Below are positions 1 to 15,085 of a stretch of 64,000 nucleotides of DNA, piece by piece; positions within the stretch are counted from its first letter, which is position 1; each line of letters starts with the position of its first letter. A program made the position numbers and the translations under genes. The stretch is from Eledone cirrhosa (taxonomy: Eukaryota). Below the pieces are notes generated by a model that was not told the DNA's origin, did no database searches, and worked only from the letters and a program-made list of their open reading frames with translations. The DNA lies in the NCBI GenBank assembly GCA_964016885.1, contig OZ024744.1, positions 32,364,001 through 32,428,000 of the forward strand, in the 5' to 3' direction.

Positions 1-3000
1 ACAAGTTGTGAGAATGTATCAGGAAAGAATCTCAGAATTCAGAGATCACAGTTCAGATACTGTGGACATGTGGTTAGAATGTCTCAGGAAAGAATCTCTG
101 ATTTGAGAGATCACAGCTCAGATAGTGTGGACATGTAGTTAGAATGTCTCAGAAAAGAATCTCTAAATTGAGAGACCACAGCTCAGATACTGTGGACATG
201 TGGTTAGAATGTTTCAGGAAAGAATCTCTAAATTGAGAGACCACAGCTCAGATACTGTGGACAAGTGGTTAGAATGTCTAAGGAAAGAATCTCTGAATTA
301 AGAGATCACAGCTCTGATACTGTGGACATGTGGTTAGAATGTCTCAGGAAAGAATCTCTGAATTGATAGATCACAGCTCTGATAGTGTGGACATGTGGTT
401 AGAATGTCTCAGGAAAGAATCTCTGAATTGAGATATCACAGATCATATACTATGGACATGAGTTTAGAATGTCTCAGGAAAGAATCTCTGAATTGAGAGA
501 TCACAGATCAGATACTGTGGACATGTGGTTAGAATGTCTCAGGAAAGAATCTCTGAATTGAGAGATCAAAGCTCAGATACTGTGGACAAGTGGTTAGAAT
601 GTCTCAGAAAAGAATCTCTGAATTGAAAGATCACAGCTCTGATACGGTGGACATGTGGTTAGAATGTCTCAGAAAAGAATCTCTGAATTGAAAGATCACA
701 GCTCTGATACGGTGGACATGTGGTTAGAATGTCTCAGGAAAGAATCTCTGAATTGAGAGATCAGAGCTCAGATACTGTGGACAATTGGTTAGAATGAATC
801 AGGAAAGAATCTTTTAATTGAGATATCACAGCTCAGATACTATGGATATATGGTTAGAATGTCTCAGGAAAGAATCTCTGAATTGAGTGATCAGAGCTCA
901 GATACTGTGGAGAAGTGGTTAGAATGTATCAGGAAAGATTCTCTGAATTGAGAGATCATAGCTCAGATACTGTGGGCATGTGTTTACAATGTCTCAGGAA
1001 AGAATCTCTGAATTGAGAGATCACAGCTCAGATATGGTGGATAAGTGGTGAGAATGTATCAGAAAAGAATCTCAGAATTCGGAGGTCACAGTTCAGATAC
1101 TGTGCACATGTGGTTAGAATGTCTCAGGAAAGAATCTCTGAATTGAGAGATCACAGCTCTGATACTGTGGACATTTGGTTAGAATGTCTCAGGAAAGAAT
1201 CTCTGAATTGAGAGATCAGATCTCAGATACTGTGGACAAGTGGTTAGAATGTCTCAGGAAAGAATCTTTGAATTGAGAGATCACAGCTCAGATATGGTGG
1301 ACGAGTGGTGAGAATGTATCAGGAAAGAATCTCAGAATTGAGAGATCACAGTTCAGATATGGTGGATAAGTGGTGAGAATGTATCAGAAAAGAATCTCAG
1401 AATTCGGAGGTCACAGTTCAGATACTGTGCACATGTGGTTAGAATGTCTCAGGAAAGAATCTCTGATTTGAGAGACCACAGCTCAGATACTGTGGACAAG
1501 GGGCTAGAATGTCTCAGGAAAGAATCTCAGAATTGAGATATCACAGCTCAGATAATATGGACATGTGTTTAGAATGTCTCAGGAAAGAACCTCTGAATTC
1601 AGAGATCACAGCTCAGATACTGTGGATATGTGGTTAGAATGTCTCAGGAAAGAATCTCTGAATTGAGAGATCACAGCACAGATACTGTGGACAAGTGGTT
1701 AGAATGTCTCAGGAAAGAATCTCAGAATTCAGAGATCACAGTTCAGATACTGTGGACATGTGGTTAGTATGTCTCAGGAAAGAATCTCTGATTTGAGAGA
1801 TCACAGCTCAGATACTGTGGACATGTGGTTAGAATGTCTTAGGAAAGTATCTCTGAACTGAGAGATCACAGTTCAGACACTGTGGACATGTGGTTAGAAT
1901 GTCTCAGGAAAGAATCTCTGAATTGAGATATCACAGCTCATATACAGTGGACATGGGGTTAGAATGTCTCAGGAAAGAATCTCAGAATTCAGAGATCACA
2001 GTTCAGATACTGTGGACATGTGGTTAGTATGTCTCAGGAAAGTATCTCAGGTTTGAGAGACCACAGCTCAGATACTGTGGACATGTGGTTAGAATGTCTC
2101 AGGAAAGAATCTCTGAATTGAGAGATCACAGATCAGATAGTGTGGACATGAGGTTAGAATGTCTCAGGAAAGAATCTCTGAATTGAGAGATCACAGCTCT
2201 GATACTGTGGACATGTGGTTAGAATGTTTTAGGAAAGAATCTCTGAATTGAGAGTTCAAAGCTCAGATACTGTGGACATGTGGTTAGAATGTCTCAGGAA
2301 AGAATCTCTGAATTGAGATATCACAGCTTAGATACTATGGACATGTGTTTAGAATGTCTCAGGAAAGAACCTCTGAATTCAGAGATCACAGCTCAGATAC
2401 TGTGGACATGGGGTTAGAATGTCTCAGGAATTAATCTCTGAATTGAGAGATCAGAGCTCTGATATGGTGGACATGTGGTTAGAATGTCGCAGGAAAGAAT
2501 CTCTGAATTGAGAGATCAGAGCTCAGATACTGTGGACAAGTAGTTAGAATGTATCAGGAAAGAATCTCTGAATTGATATATCAAAGCTCAGATACTATGG
2601 ACATGTGGTTCGAATGTCTCAGGAAAGAATCTCTGAATTGAGAGATCACAGATCAGATACTGTGGACATGTGGTTAGAATGTCTCAGGAAAGAATCTCTA
2701 AATTGAGAGATCACAGCTCTGATACTGTGGACATGTGGTTAGAATGTCTCAGGAAAGAATCTCTGAATTGAGAGATCAGATCTCAGATACTGTGGACAAG
2801 TGGTTAGAATGTCTCAGGAAAGAATCTTTGAATTGAGAGATCACAGCTCAGATATGGTGGACGAGTGGTGAGAATGTATCAGGAAAGAATCTCAGAATTG
2901 AGAGATCACAGTTCAGATACTATGGACATGTGGTTAGTATGTCTCAGGAAAGAATCTCTGATTTGAGAGATCACAGCTCAGATACTGTGCACATGTGGTT

Positions 3001-4777
3001 AGAATGTCTCAGGAAAGAATCTCTGAATTGAGACATCGCAGGTCAGATACTGTGGACATGGGGTTAGAATGTCTCAGGAAAGAATCTCTGATTTGAGACA
3101 TCACAGGTCAGATACTGTTGACATGGGGTTAGAATGTCTCAGGAAAGAATCTCTGAATTGAGAGATCACAGCTCTGATACTGTGGACATGTGGTTAGAAT
3201 GTCTCAGGAAAGAATCTCTGAATTGAGAGATCAAAGCTCAGATACTGTGGACAAGTGGTTAGAATGTATCAGGAAAGAATCTCTGAATTGAGATATCATA
3301 GCTCAGATACTATGGATATATGGTTAGAATGTCTCAGAAAAGAATCTCTGAATTGAGAGATCACAGCTCTGATAGTGTGGACATGTGGTTAGAATGTCTC
3401 AGGAAAGAATCTCTGAGTTGAGAGATCACAGCTCAGATACTGTGGACATGTGGTTAGTATGTCTCAGGAAAGAATCTCTGAATTGAGAGATCACAGCTCA
3501 GATACTGGGGACATGTGTTTAGAATGTCTCAGGAAAGAATCTCTGAATTGAGAGATCACTGCTCTGATAATGTTGACATGTGTTTAGAATGTCTCTGGAC
3601 AGAATCTCTGAATTGAGTGATCACAGCTCAGATATTGTGGACATGTGGTTAGAATGTCTCAGGAAAGAATCTCTGAATTGAGAGATCACAGCTCTGATAC
3701 TGTGGACATGTGTTTAGAATGTCCCAGGAAAGAATCTCTGAATTGAGAGATCACTGCTCTGATAATGTTGACATGTGTTTAGAATGTCTCAGGACAGAAT
3801 CTCTGAATTGAGTGATCACAGCTCAGATATTGTGGACATGTGGTTAGAATGTCTCAGGAAAGAATCTCTGGATTGAGAGATCACAGCTCAGATACTGTGG
3901 ACATGTTTTTAGAATGTCTCAGGATAGAATCTCTGAATTGAGAGATCACAGCTCTGATACTGTAGACATGTGTTTAGAATGTCTCAGGAAAGAATCTCTG
4001 ATTTCAGAGATCACAGCTCTGATACTGTGGACGTGTGGTTAGAATGTCTCAGGAAAGAATCTCTGAATTGAGAGATCACAGCTCTGATACTGTGGACATG
4101 TGTTTAGAATGTCTCAGGAAAGAATCTCTGAATTGAGAGATCACAGCTCAGATACTGTGGACATGTGGTTAGAATGTCTCAGGAAAGAATCTCTGAATTG
4201 AGAGATGACAGCTCTGATACTGTGGACATGTGGTTAGAATGTCTCTGGAAAGAATCTCTGAATTGAGAGATCACAGCTCAGATACTGTGGACATGTGGTT
4301 AGAATGTCTCAGGAAAGAATCCCTGAATTGAGAGATCACAGCTCAGATACTGTGGACATGTCGTTAGAATGTCTCAGGAAAGAATCTCTGAATTGAGAGA
4401 TCACAGCTCAGATACTGTGGACATGTGGTTAGAATGTCTCAGGAAAGAATCTCTGAATTGAGAGATCACAGCTTAGATACTGTGGACATGTGGTTAGAAT
4501 GTCTCAGTAAAGAATCCCTGAATTGAGAGATCACAGCTCAGATACTGTGGACATGTGGTTAGAATGTCTCAGTAAAGAATCCCTGAATTGAGAGATCACA
4601 GCTCAGATACTGTGGACATGTGTTTAGAATGTCTCAGGAAAGAATCTCTGAATTGAGAGATCACACCTCTGATATTGTGGACATGTGGTTAGAATGTCTC
4701 AGGAAAGAATCTCTGAATTGAGAGATCACAGCTCAGATACTGTGGACATGTTGTTAGAATGTCTCATGAAAGAATCT
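1..4777 (+). repeat. 65-bp satellite array, about 73.5 units, runs off the window start; derived from RTE LINE coding sequence
   Basis: Consensus CTCTGAATTGAGAGATCACAGCTCAGATACTGTGGACATGTGGTTAGAATGTCTCAGGAAAGAAT. The AGGAAAGAAT anchor recurs at 21, 86 ... 4766 (4745 = 73 x 65). Confidence 0.97.
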
Positions 4778-4805
4778 ACGTTTCGTAGCATTATTTTAAA
4801 TTCGT

Positions 4806-4966
4806 AGTATCGGTAGAGAGTCGGACACATAAAGTTAGACCCCTTGCCATTCTGAGTTCAAATCCCGCCGTGGTTAACTTTGCCTTTCATCCTTACGGGG
4901 TCGATAAAATACCAGTAATGCACTGGCTAATTGCTGGCCTTGAACCAAAAGTAGAAAACAATTATT
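4806..4966 (+). mobile_element. tRNA-derived SINE, 5'-clipped with an internal deletion
   Basis: B-box-like GAGTTCAAATCC; body matches copies at 37337, 45711 and 49015; ends CCAAAAGTAGAAAACAATT. Confidence 0.85.
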
Positions 4967-5432
4967 TTAAAACCTGGCTCAGCCCATCCCCTATCCAAGA
5001 CTGAATACAGCAGATTTCTTCCAGAGGACAGAGAGTGAAAGAAAGGAAGTAAGTAAAGGATATAGACTGGTACTGTTTTATAGACCTCGAATGGAGGAGA
5101 AGCAAAGTTGATTATAGATATACATAAACATATTAATAGAAATACTTGGTTAATTAATGTATCAATCAAAAATAAATGATTCATTATCTAATTCACTACG
5201 ACTGCATTGGGCTAAACCGATTCAGAACCATTGCCCATGTCTTTAACACTAAAATATAATTATAAAGATATATTAAAGAAAGAAGTCATTTGAGAAATAG
5301 AAAATAAAAATAAATTTTATGTATAAGAGAAAAGAGGATGTAAAACATTAACTCATTCAAAATGGATGTCTTCATTTGTCATTTATATGTTCCTATCTTT
5401 AAAAAAATGTATTATTCACCAGAAAGCGATAC

Positions 5433-5470
<38 letters not shown>

Positions 5471-5476
<6 letters not shown>

Positions 5477-6211
5477 ATTAAATAAATGGAAAACTATATT
5501 TATAAAACCATATTTATTTCATTATATATATTTCGGGGATATCATATTAACAATATGCTATGCCTTCATCAGACAAAATACAATATAAACAGTTTTATAG
5601 ATAAATAGATTCGACATACCGTTATAACACCGACTTCATTTGAAGAGGTTTAAATAAATAAATAAATAAATAAATGTATCATTGATACATTTACTCAAAA
5701 TGACCTCCCACTACCTAATTTTCTATATATGTATGTATCTATCTCTATTTCCTCTCTCTATATATGTGTATATCTCTTTCTGTTTCTTTACATGAAGTTC
5801 TTCTCTTTATCTATCTTTCCATCTCTCTATTTTGTTCCATGCATTTCTTCTTTTTCTTCTTTTTCTTCCTTTTCTTCGTTTTCTGTCTTTCTTTCTTTTT
5901 TCTCTCTTTCTTTCTCTCTGTGTAAAATTTTTTCACTGCCAGCTTAAACCTCTTCAAATGAAGTCGGTGTTATAACGGTATGTCGAATCTATTTATCTAT
6001 AAAACTGTTTATATTGTATTTTGTCTGATGAAGGCATAGCATATTGTTAATATGATATCCCCGAAATATATATAATGAAATAAATATGGTTTTATAAATA
6101 TAGTTTTCCATTTATTTAATATTGTAAATATACTCCAAATATTTGTCGAGTGCTTTTATATCAGTTATAAATATTTACTAGTTGTAACCCAACAATTTTA
6201 AATATAACTTT

Positions 6212-6213
<2 letters not shown>
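5471..6213 (+). mobile_element. Fold-back Penelope pLTR-like module in (TA)n; about 183-bp inverted arms 5471-5653 / 5944-6126
   Basis: Arms read as reverse complements; right arm extends by a unique tail to (TA)n; hammerhead motif in each arm. Confidence 0.8.
6017..6082 (+). ncRNA. Minimal type-I hammerhead ribozyme motif (mirror copy on - strand at about 5515-5580)
   Basis: TATTTTGT-CTGATGA(6025)-imperfect helix II-GAAA(6063)-TATATA-TA-ATGAAATA; helix I pairs with G-U. Confidence 0.75.
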
Positions 6214-6250
<37 letters not shown>

Positions 6251-6251
<1 letters not shown>

Positions 6252-6388
6252 CGGAGGAAATGTGGTAAGGAACCAGGTGGACCATAACGCACCAAAGTAC
6301 TCAATACTTAGGGTAGTAGAATGGGTAATAGGAACGAGTAGTACCCCGACGGCTGAGCTCAAGCCGTCGGGGTACTACTCGTTCCTAT
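6251..6388 (-). mobile_element. pLTR-like terminal fragment with a snap-back hairpin, between (TA)n tracts
   Basis: 6251-6367 is a diverged reverse complement of 11607-11723; 6328-6388 is a hairpin (ATAGGAACGAGTAGTACCCCGACGGCT / AGCCGTCGGGGTACTACTCGTTCCTAT). Confidence 0.65.
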
Positions 6389-6438
6389 ATATATATATAA
6401 ATATATATACATATATATATATATACATATATATATAC

Positions 6439-6494
<56 letters not shown>

Positions 6495-6499
6495 CTTAT

Positions 6500-7338
6500 A
6501 CCACTATTAGCTGCTAAAGGGTTCTCCCTAAAAATGAAAGGCAGGTTGTACGATGCCTGCATACGAACAGCAATGTTGCATGGTAGTGAGACCTGGGCAT
6601 TGTGTGCAGAGGATATACGCAGACTAGAGAGGAACGAAGCTTGCATGCTCCGCTGGATGTGTAACAGTAATATACGTGAACGGCAAAGCATAAACGAACT
6701 AAGGAAAAAATTAGAGATAAGAGGGATCAGATGTTGTTTACTCGAGAGAAGGCTGCGTTGGTATGGACACGTGATGCGCATGAAAGTCGATAGCTGTATT
6801 ACAAAGTGCAGGGCAATAAAGATAGACGGTAGCCACGGAATAGGCAGACCTAGAAAAACATGGGATGAGCTGATAAACTCCAACCTCATACACTTACACC
6901 TCTCCAAGACAATGTCACTGGACCGTGACCTTTGGCGGTACTCAGTAACAGAGAAGACCCGCCTTGCCAGTAGGCATCTCTAACAAACTACACCCCGTCC
7001 CGCCACCACCCCCACCCCATCCACACCACCCCGTTCCATGTAAAGTTATGTTGGTGCCGCGCCATCCAGGCCGAAACAAACGAGATCGTGTAGGTGTCAC
7101 GACAAAAAAACACACAGTCCACGCTGTAATGTGGCCGTGTAGGCAACACGGTAAAAACCTCCCAGACCCACACTGTAAATGTGGTTGGTGTTAGGAAGGG
7201 CATCCAACTGTAGAAAACCTGCCAGACAGTCCTATGCGAGCAAGACAATCACTCTTGCCTCAAGTGGGACTACCCCCGTCCAAACCCATGCAAGCGTGGA
7301 ACACGGACGTTAAACGTTGATGATGATGATGATGATGA

Positions 7339-7340
<2 letters not shown>
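6500..7340 (+). mobile_element. 5'-truncated RTE-clade LINE (ORF C-terminus 6534-6983, 3' region, (GAT)n tail)
   Basis: KGRLYDACIRTAMLHGSETW...RRLRWYGHVMRM...GRPRKTW...DRDLWR is the typical RTE post-RT C-terminus; tail at 7319-7340. Confidence 0.9.
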
Positions 7341-7384
<44 letters not shown>

Positions 7385-7550
7385 CGTCCTGACCTCAGCC
7401 GTCGGGGTCCTGACTCTTTTTCTTTATATATATTACTTTGGGAGGGTCATGCTGCCAATAAAAACACAGGCACCTATTGGTTTTGACTTCAATTTACTAT
7501 AAATTTCCGGTTGGTTGGTTGGTTCAATAACCGGATGGCTGGTAATATAT

Positions 7551-7596
7551 TGTCAAATTGTTTTCGTCACACATTCTGTGACCTCCTCAGTGACTG
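7551..7596 (-). ncRNA. Hammerhead ribozyme motif inside a pLTR-like repeat (7431-7660; homolog at 39150-39410)
   Basis: Minus strand: GTCA-CTGAGGA-G-GTCACA-GAATG-TGTGAC-GAAA-ACAAT-T-TGAC. Confidence 0.75.
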
Positions 7597-7664
7597 TGTT
7601 TTTATTTTGTGTTCCCCCCTTTGTTCTGTCTTACACCATCTTATGTGTAGTATATATAAACAAG

Positions 7665-7711
<47 letters not shown>

Positions 7712-7756
7712 GTGAACAAGTGAAGAATAACATAACCATCATGTATTCAGTCAGCC

Positions 7757-7820
<64 letters not shown>

Positions 7821-7856
7821 ATATATATACATTAAGATCTCTTCTTCTATATATAC

Positions 7857-7974
<118 letters not shown>

Positions 7975-8255
7975 GTGTGCAGATGTGTTTGTGTGTGCCT
8001 GTGTGTGTATATTTACTCATTGGAAATTATATAAATGTATAATACGCCATACACAAAATTGAAGAACTAGTCGAATCGTTAGAGCGCCAGAGAGAATAGC
8101 TTGCGGTATTATTTCGACACACTGGACTCTGTATTCAAAACACACCAGAGTTGATAAATGAAGAACTAAGTAACTACTGAATGGGGAGATCATTCTTCTG
8201 TCACCCCACCTCTCTCTCTCTCTCTCTCTCTCCCTCTCCCTCACTCTCTCTCTCA

Positions 8256-8286
<31 letters not shown>

Positions 8287-8829
8287 CCTTTCTCTTTCTC
8301 TCTCTCTGTCCTATAATTCAAAGGTAAAACTATATCACGTTGATTTGACGCGAGAACTACATAAACGTTACATATGTCTGTGGAATACTCAGCTACAATC
8401 ACTATAATTCCCATCAATACATCGTATCTTTCAGTAAAACATTTTATTTCACATTGCTTTACCATTTACATTACTCTATACTTACTATTATATTTTCACG
8501 GTAATGGCTTTATCTGACATAAATATCTCACATAATATCGAATCTATGAGATTTTGATATTATTTATTTTGAGAACAATACCTTAACGTTGGTATGAGCG
8601 ACCAGTTACAGCCGGTTTGTACAGAAAGAGGTGAGAAAATTCTGGCTAGATACGGTCGGTTTAAATGGTAAAGGATTAAAGGATCACACGTCTATGGAAT
8701 ACTCAACCGTTCTCATGTTAACTTCAGGAGCTGACTGTTTCATTGTTTTAAACACCCTAAAGTAGAAACAATTATTTCAGTAGTATGAATTCAGTCGATG
8801 GTTCCCTTACTTTACAAAATGTTGTAGTT

Positions 8830-9087
8830 TAATGTTGTTGTAGTTGTTGTTGTTGTTGTAGTTGTTATTGTTGTCGCTGTTGTTGTTGTTGTTGTTGTAT
8901 TGTGAGTTGCTTTTGTTCGCTGCTGTTTTTACTTTTGCTGCTGATGTTGTAGTTAATATTCTTATTGCTGTTGCTAATTGTTGTTGTTGTTGTTGTTATG
9001 GTTACTGTTAGTGTTGTTGTTGATACAGTTGCAGTTGATATTTTGTTGTTGGTTTAGTAATAGTAGTAGTAGTAGTAGTAGTAGTAG

Positions 9088-9142
<55 letters not shown>

Positions 9143-9253
9143 GCTACTACTACTACTACTACAACCACCACCACCGACACCACCACCACTACTACTACTA
9201 CCACCACCACCACCACTACTACTACAAGTAATACTACTACTACCACCACCACC
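8830..9253. repeat. Compound microsatellite (GTT)n/(TAG)n/(TAC)n/(CAC)n
   Basis: Direct reading; (TAG)n abuts (TAC)n, giving a self-complementary tract around 9088. Confidence 0.9.
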
Positions 9254-9254
9254 A

Positions 9255-9570
9255 TCTTACATTTAGAAAACACACATTAGACAACCATGCAGAACAACTC
9301 CATCGCAGCTCTGTTGTTCGGCTGGCATCGTCTACGCGCGTGTTGCGCAAGTACTGTGAAACAATAAATTTCAACACTTCTTTGCACAGAGGTAATATCC
9401 ATAGGCGAAACTACAATTGTCACTGCTGGCGCAGCTCCTGCTTCGGCAGTCAAGGTCTGCAATTCATTCACCCAGTGCCTGGCAGACAAAAAGGTGCTGC
9501 CATAAAATGGGTGGTGCAACCTAACTCTGGTAACTTACTAATCCCGAGCAACGCCGGGCTTTAATGCTAG
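9255..9570 (+). mobile_element. Non-autonomous Helitron-like element
   Basis: 3' hairpin CCCGAGCAACGCCGGG, then CTAG (9567-9570) followed by T; candidate A|TC start at 9255 (5' end tentative). Confidence 0.6.
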
Positions 9571-9571
9571 T

Positions 9572-11595
9572 ATATAATATAGTTAAATCTTAGACAGGAA
9601 CAAAAACAGAGAGTTAGTACAAATAATGGTTTATTAGATTTACGCTTTTGAGAGTGGGGGTGTGGGGGACGACATTTCGGGCATAAGCCCTTCATCAGGA
9701 GAAAAGTGTGTAGGAAGAAAGTTCCGAGGGTGTGTGGTGGAGTGGTGGAAAGACATTTTAAAAAAAGGTGGGGGACGATTTTCTTTTTAGAAGTACAAAT
9801 AAAAATAAAAATAAAAATAAACAAAAATAAACAAGTGGTGGAAGGGTGTGAGGCGTGTAGGGGTGGTGGCGGATGGAGTTGAGAGAGGGAGGCGGGGGGT
9901 CCGAGCGGGGAGGGCTGAAGGTGGCGTTTGTGTATGTGTGTAGGTGTACGTGTGTGTGTGTGTATGTGAATGTGAGAGGTGGGGGAAGAACGAGGTTCCA
10001 TGTTCAGCTAAAGGGGAACAGTTGTGTACATGAGGTGGGGTGTAAGTCGGTTATTGCGTGAGGATGGAGAGGGCTCAGAGGGTGGGGGAGGAAGGGGGGG
10101 GGGCGTGTGGATTCCGGAGGCTGAGTGTGTGTATGTGGGGATACGCATGTGTGTGTTTGTGTTTATACGGGATGTAGATGTAGGTGTCGTGATTCGTGAG
10201 TAAGTTCCTAAAGTAGTTCCGTGGAGTGTGCGATAATATGTTGGATATTTCTCCTGTTATAGAGTGGATAGCTGGAACGGTGACCAGTGGTGTGCAATCC
10301 AATTTTGTGGTAGTGCGGAAGTGGAGAGATGTAGGGTGCGCGCGCAACAGGAAGTGGTCAGAGGGTCAAGGCAGGGTGAAGAGATAGCAGTAGAGGTGGA
10401 TGACAGGTGAAGAAAGGGTCTGTATGTGGTCTGTGTGTCTGTGTGTGCGGAGGTGCGGTGGACAAGGGGAGGGGAGGGGTAAGTGTGAAAGGTAGAGGGA
10501 GAAGGTGGTGGTGTGGGGGGATGGGGTGTATTTTAGTGGAGGTGTTAGTGGGTTGTTTGTGTGTGAAGGGGTGTAGGTGGAGTGGGGAGAAGGAGAGGGA
10601 GAGAAAAGGTGTTGGGGACGGAGGAGGGAGTGTAGTGTGCTGGTGTGTGTGTGCGTGTTTAGATGAGTGTGTGTGTGGTAGAAGGGGTTTTAGTGGGTGT
10701 TAGTATTACTGGTGGTGGGGAAAGGGTTGAATGCGGGTGTGTTAGTGGGGGTGAGTGGTGGTTGGGTGTGTGGAGTGGGTGATGTACGTAGGTGTGGGTG
10801 TGTGTATGTGTGATGGTGTGTGTTCGTGTGCGTGGGATTGGGGGGATGTTAGTGATATTAGATGTGGGGTGGTCGGAGTGGATGTGTGGGTGGGGGATAG
10901 TTGTGGTAGTAGGGTGTGTGGATAGTGTGAGTTCGTGTATATATGTACAGGTAGGTGTGTGCGTGTCTGAGGGGAGGTATGGGTGCGCGGGTGTTAGTGG
11001 GGGGGGGTGTTAGTATTGAAAGTTGGGGGAGGTCAAGGGGGTCGGGCGGTGAAAAGGAGGAGTGTGTTAGTGGTGTTAGTGGGGGATATGTGGGGGCAAG
11101 GTAGGCGGTCGAAGGCTAATGGAATAGGGGTGAGGAGTTCAGGCCGGGGTGTGTGGGTCTGTAAGGTGAAGATGGTGTGTTGTTCGTGCATGACGCGGGT
11201 GGCTGGTATTCCATGGCATTGGATCAGGCCACAGACTGTGAGGTGGTGGGCGGAATGTCCAGGGGAGCCAAAGTGGCGGGCGATGGCGGAACTACCGCCG
11301 AGACGAATATCCCGGAGGTGTTCAGTGAAACGATCCACCAGGCGACGTCCAGTCTGTCCGACGTAGGTTGCGCTGCACTCCGTGCAGCGAAGTCCATAGA
11401 CTAGGGAGGTGCAGCGGAAGGTGTGCCGTTGGGACCCTGGAAGGTGGTGGGATTGGTGATGTGGAGGCAGGTGTGGCAGCGAGGCCTGGAGCAGGGAAGT
11501 GAAATGGGGGGATTGGGGGGTAGGGGGCTGTGGACGAGGAGGGTGCAAAGATTGCGTGCGCGTTTGAACGAGGGGATGGGTGGGGATGGGAAGAA
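9572..11595 (-). mobile_element. 5'-truncated Penelope-like element: GIY-YIG endonuclease remnant (about 11033-11480) and long 3' region
   Basis: FRCTSLVYGLRCTECSATYVGQTGRRLVDRFTEHLRDI...AIARHF...HEQHTIFTLQT; hammerhead core and AATAAA near its 3' end. Confidence 0.88.
9668..9702 (-). ncRNA. Hammerhead core at the PLE 3' end (helix I degenerate)
   Basis: Minus strand: CTGATGA-A-GGGC-TTAT-GCCC-GAAA-TGTC. Confidence 0.65.
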
Positions 11596-11722
11596 ATAAC
11601 CGTCGAAACGGCTTGAGCTCTGCCTCGGGGTCATACTTTCTCCTATTACCCACTCTACTACCATAAGTATTGAGTACTATGGTGCGTTATGGTCCATCTG
11701 GTTTCTTACCACAACTCCTCCG

Positions 11723-12860
<1,138 letters not shown>

Positions 12861-13074
12861 TATATACAAGGGGAGAGAGGGAGAGAGAAGAGGAGTGAGA
12901 GAAGAGGAGAGGGGAGAAATTATGGGAATATATATGTATATTATATAATGGCAAACGTAAGATGAAAGAAAGAAAGAAAAAAAATGAAAATATGTGCTGA
13001 AAATTTAAAATTGCTTCCCAGATATTCTCTTAAGTATTTCTGTAGTCTGGCAACATCTTAAACAATAGTGTACA

Positions 13075-15085
13075 ACATCTACAACAACAATAACAGCAAC
13101 AGCAATACATACAAGACAAACAATAGCAATAAAAAAATCAACAGTAATAATAATAATAACAACAACAGCAGCAGCAGCAGTAACAACTCCGTCAATAACA
13201 ACTGCAACAACAAAAACAACAATAACAGCAATTAGAGACAAGTTAACAACAACGACAACGGCAACAACAACAATGTACAGAAATAACAGTCGCAACAGCA
13301 ACAAAAATAACTGTAACAACAACAACAAAAGCATTGTCAACAGAAACAACAACAGTAAAAACAACAACAGTAACAACAACAGTAACAACAACTACAGTAA
13401 CAACAACAACAGTAACAACAACAACAGTAACAACAACAACAGTAACAACAACAACAGTAACAACAACATCACTAACAACAACAGTAACAACAACAGTAAT
13501 AACAACAACAGTAACAACACAACAGTAACAACAACAACAGTAACGACAACAACACTAACAACAACAATAGCAACAACAACAGTAACAACAACAACAGTAA
13601 CAACAACAACAGTAACAACAACAACAGCAATAACAACAACAGTAACAACAACAACAACAGTAACAACAACAACAGTAACAACAACAACAGTAACCACAAC
13701 AACAGTAACAACAACAGTAACAACAACAGTAACAACAACAGTAACAACAACAACAGTAACAACAACAACAACATCAAAAACAGTAACAACAACAACAGTA
13801 ACAACAACAACAACAGTAACAACAACAACAGTAACAACAACAACAGTAACAACAACAACAACAGCAACAACAACAACAACAACAGCAACAACAACAGTAA
13901 CAACAACAACAACAGTAACAACAACAACAGTAACAACAACAGTAACAACAACTACAGTAACAACAACAACAACAGTAACAACAACAACAACAACAGTAAT
14001 AACAACAACAACAACAACAGTAACAATAACAATAACAACAACAACAACAACAGTAACAACAACAACAGTAACAACAACAACAACAACAGTAACAACAACA
14101 ACAGCAACAACAACAACAGTAACAACAACAGTAACAGCAACAGCAACAACAACAACAACAGTAACAACAACAGTAACAACAACAACAGTAACAACAACAG
14201 TAACAACAACAGTAACAACAACAGTAACAACAACAGTAACAACAACAGTAACAACAACAACAGTAACAACAACAGTAACAACAACAACAACAGTAACAAC
14301 AACAACAGTAACAACAACAGTAACAACAACAGTAACAACAACAGTAACAACAACAGTAACAACAACAACAGTAACAACAACAGTAACAACAACAACAACA
14401 GTAACAACAACAACAGTAACAACAACAGTAACAACAACAGTAACAACAACAGTAACAACAACAACAGTAACAACAACAGTAACAACAACAACAACAGTAA
14501 CAACAACAACAGTAACAACAACAGTAACAACAACAGTAACAACAACAACAGTAACAACAACAGTAACAACAACAACAACAGTAACAACAACAACAACAAC
14601 AACAGTAACAACAACAGTAACAACAACAGTAACAACAACAGTAACAACAACAGTAACAACAACAACAGTAACAACAACAGTAACAACAACAACAACAGTA
14701 ACAACAACAACAGTAACAACAACAGTAACAACAACAGTAACAACAACAGTAACAACAACAGTAACAACAACAACAGTAACAACAACAGTAACAACAACAA
14801 CAACAGTAACAACAACAACAGTAACAACAACAGTAACAACAACAGTAACAACAACAGTAACAACAACAGTAACAACAACAACAGTAACAGCAACAGTAAC
14901 AACAACAACAACAGTAACAACAACAACAGTAACAACAACAGTAACAACAACAGTAACAACAACAACAGTAACAACAACAGTAACAACAACAACAACAGTA
15001 ACAACAACAACAGTAACTACAGCAGTAACAACAACAGTAACAACAACAGTAACAACAACAGTAACAACAACAGCAACAACATTGA
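13075..15085 (+). repeat. About 2-kb (AAC)n array punctuated by AGT
   Basis: Units of GTA(ACA)3-5; degenerate at the 5' edge, homogeneous internally. Confidence 0.95.

Noticed and set aside
1-4777. CRISPR-like regular array
   Set aside because: No unique spacers and no cas genes; the whole unit repeats and derives from a LINE.
7180-7225. AGGAAGGGCATCC motif as an HDV-like ribozyme
   Set aside because: A hairpin or pseudoknot is possible, but I could not fit the nested double-pseudoknot core.
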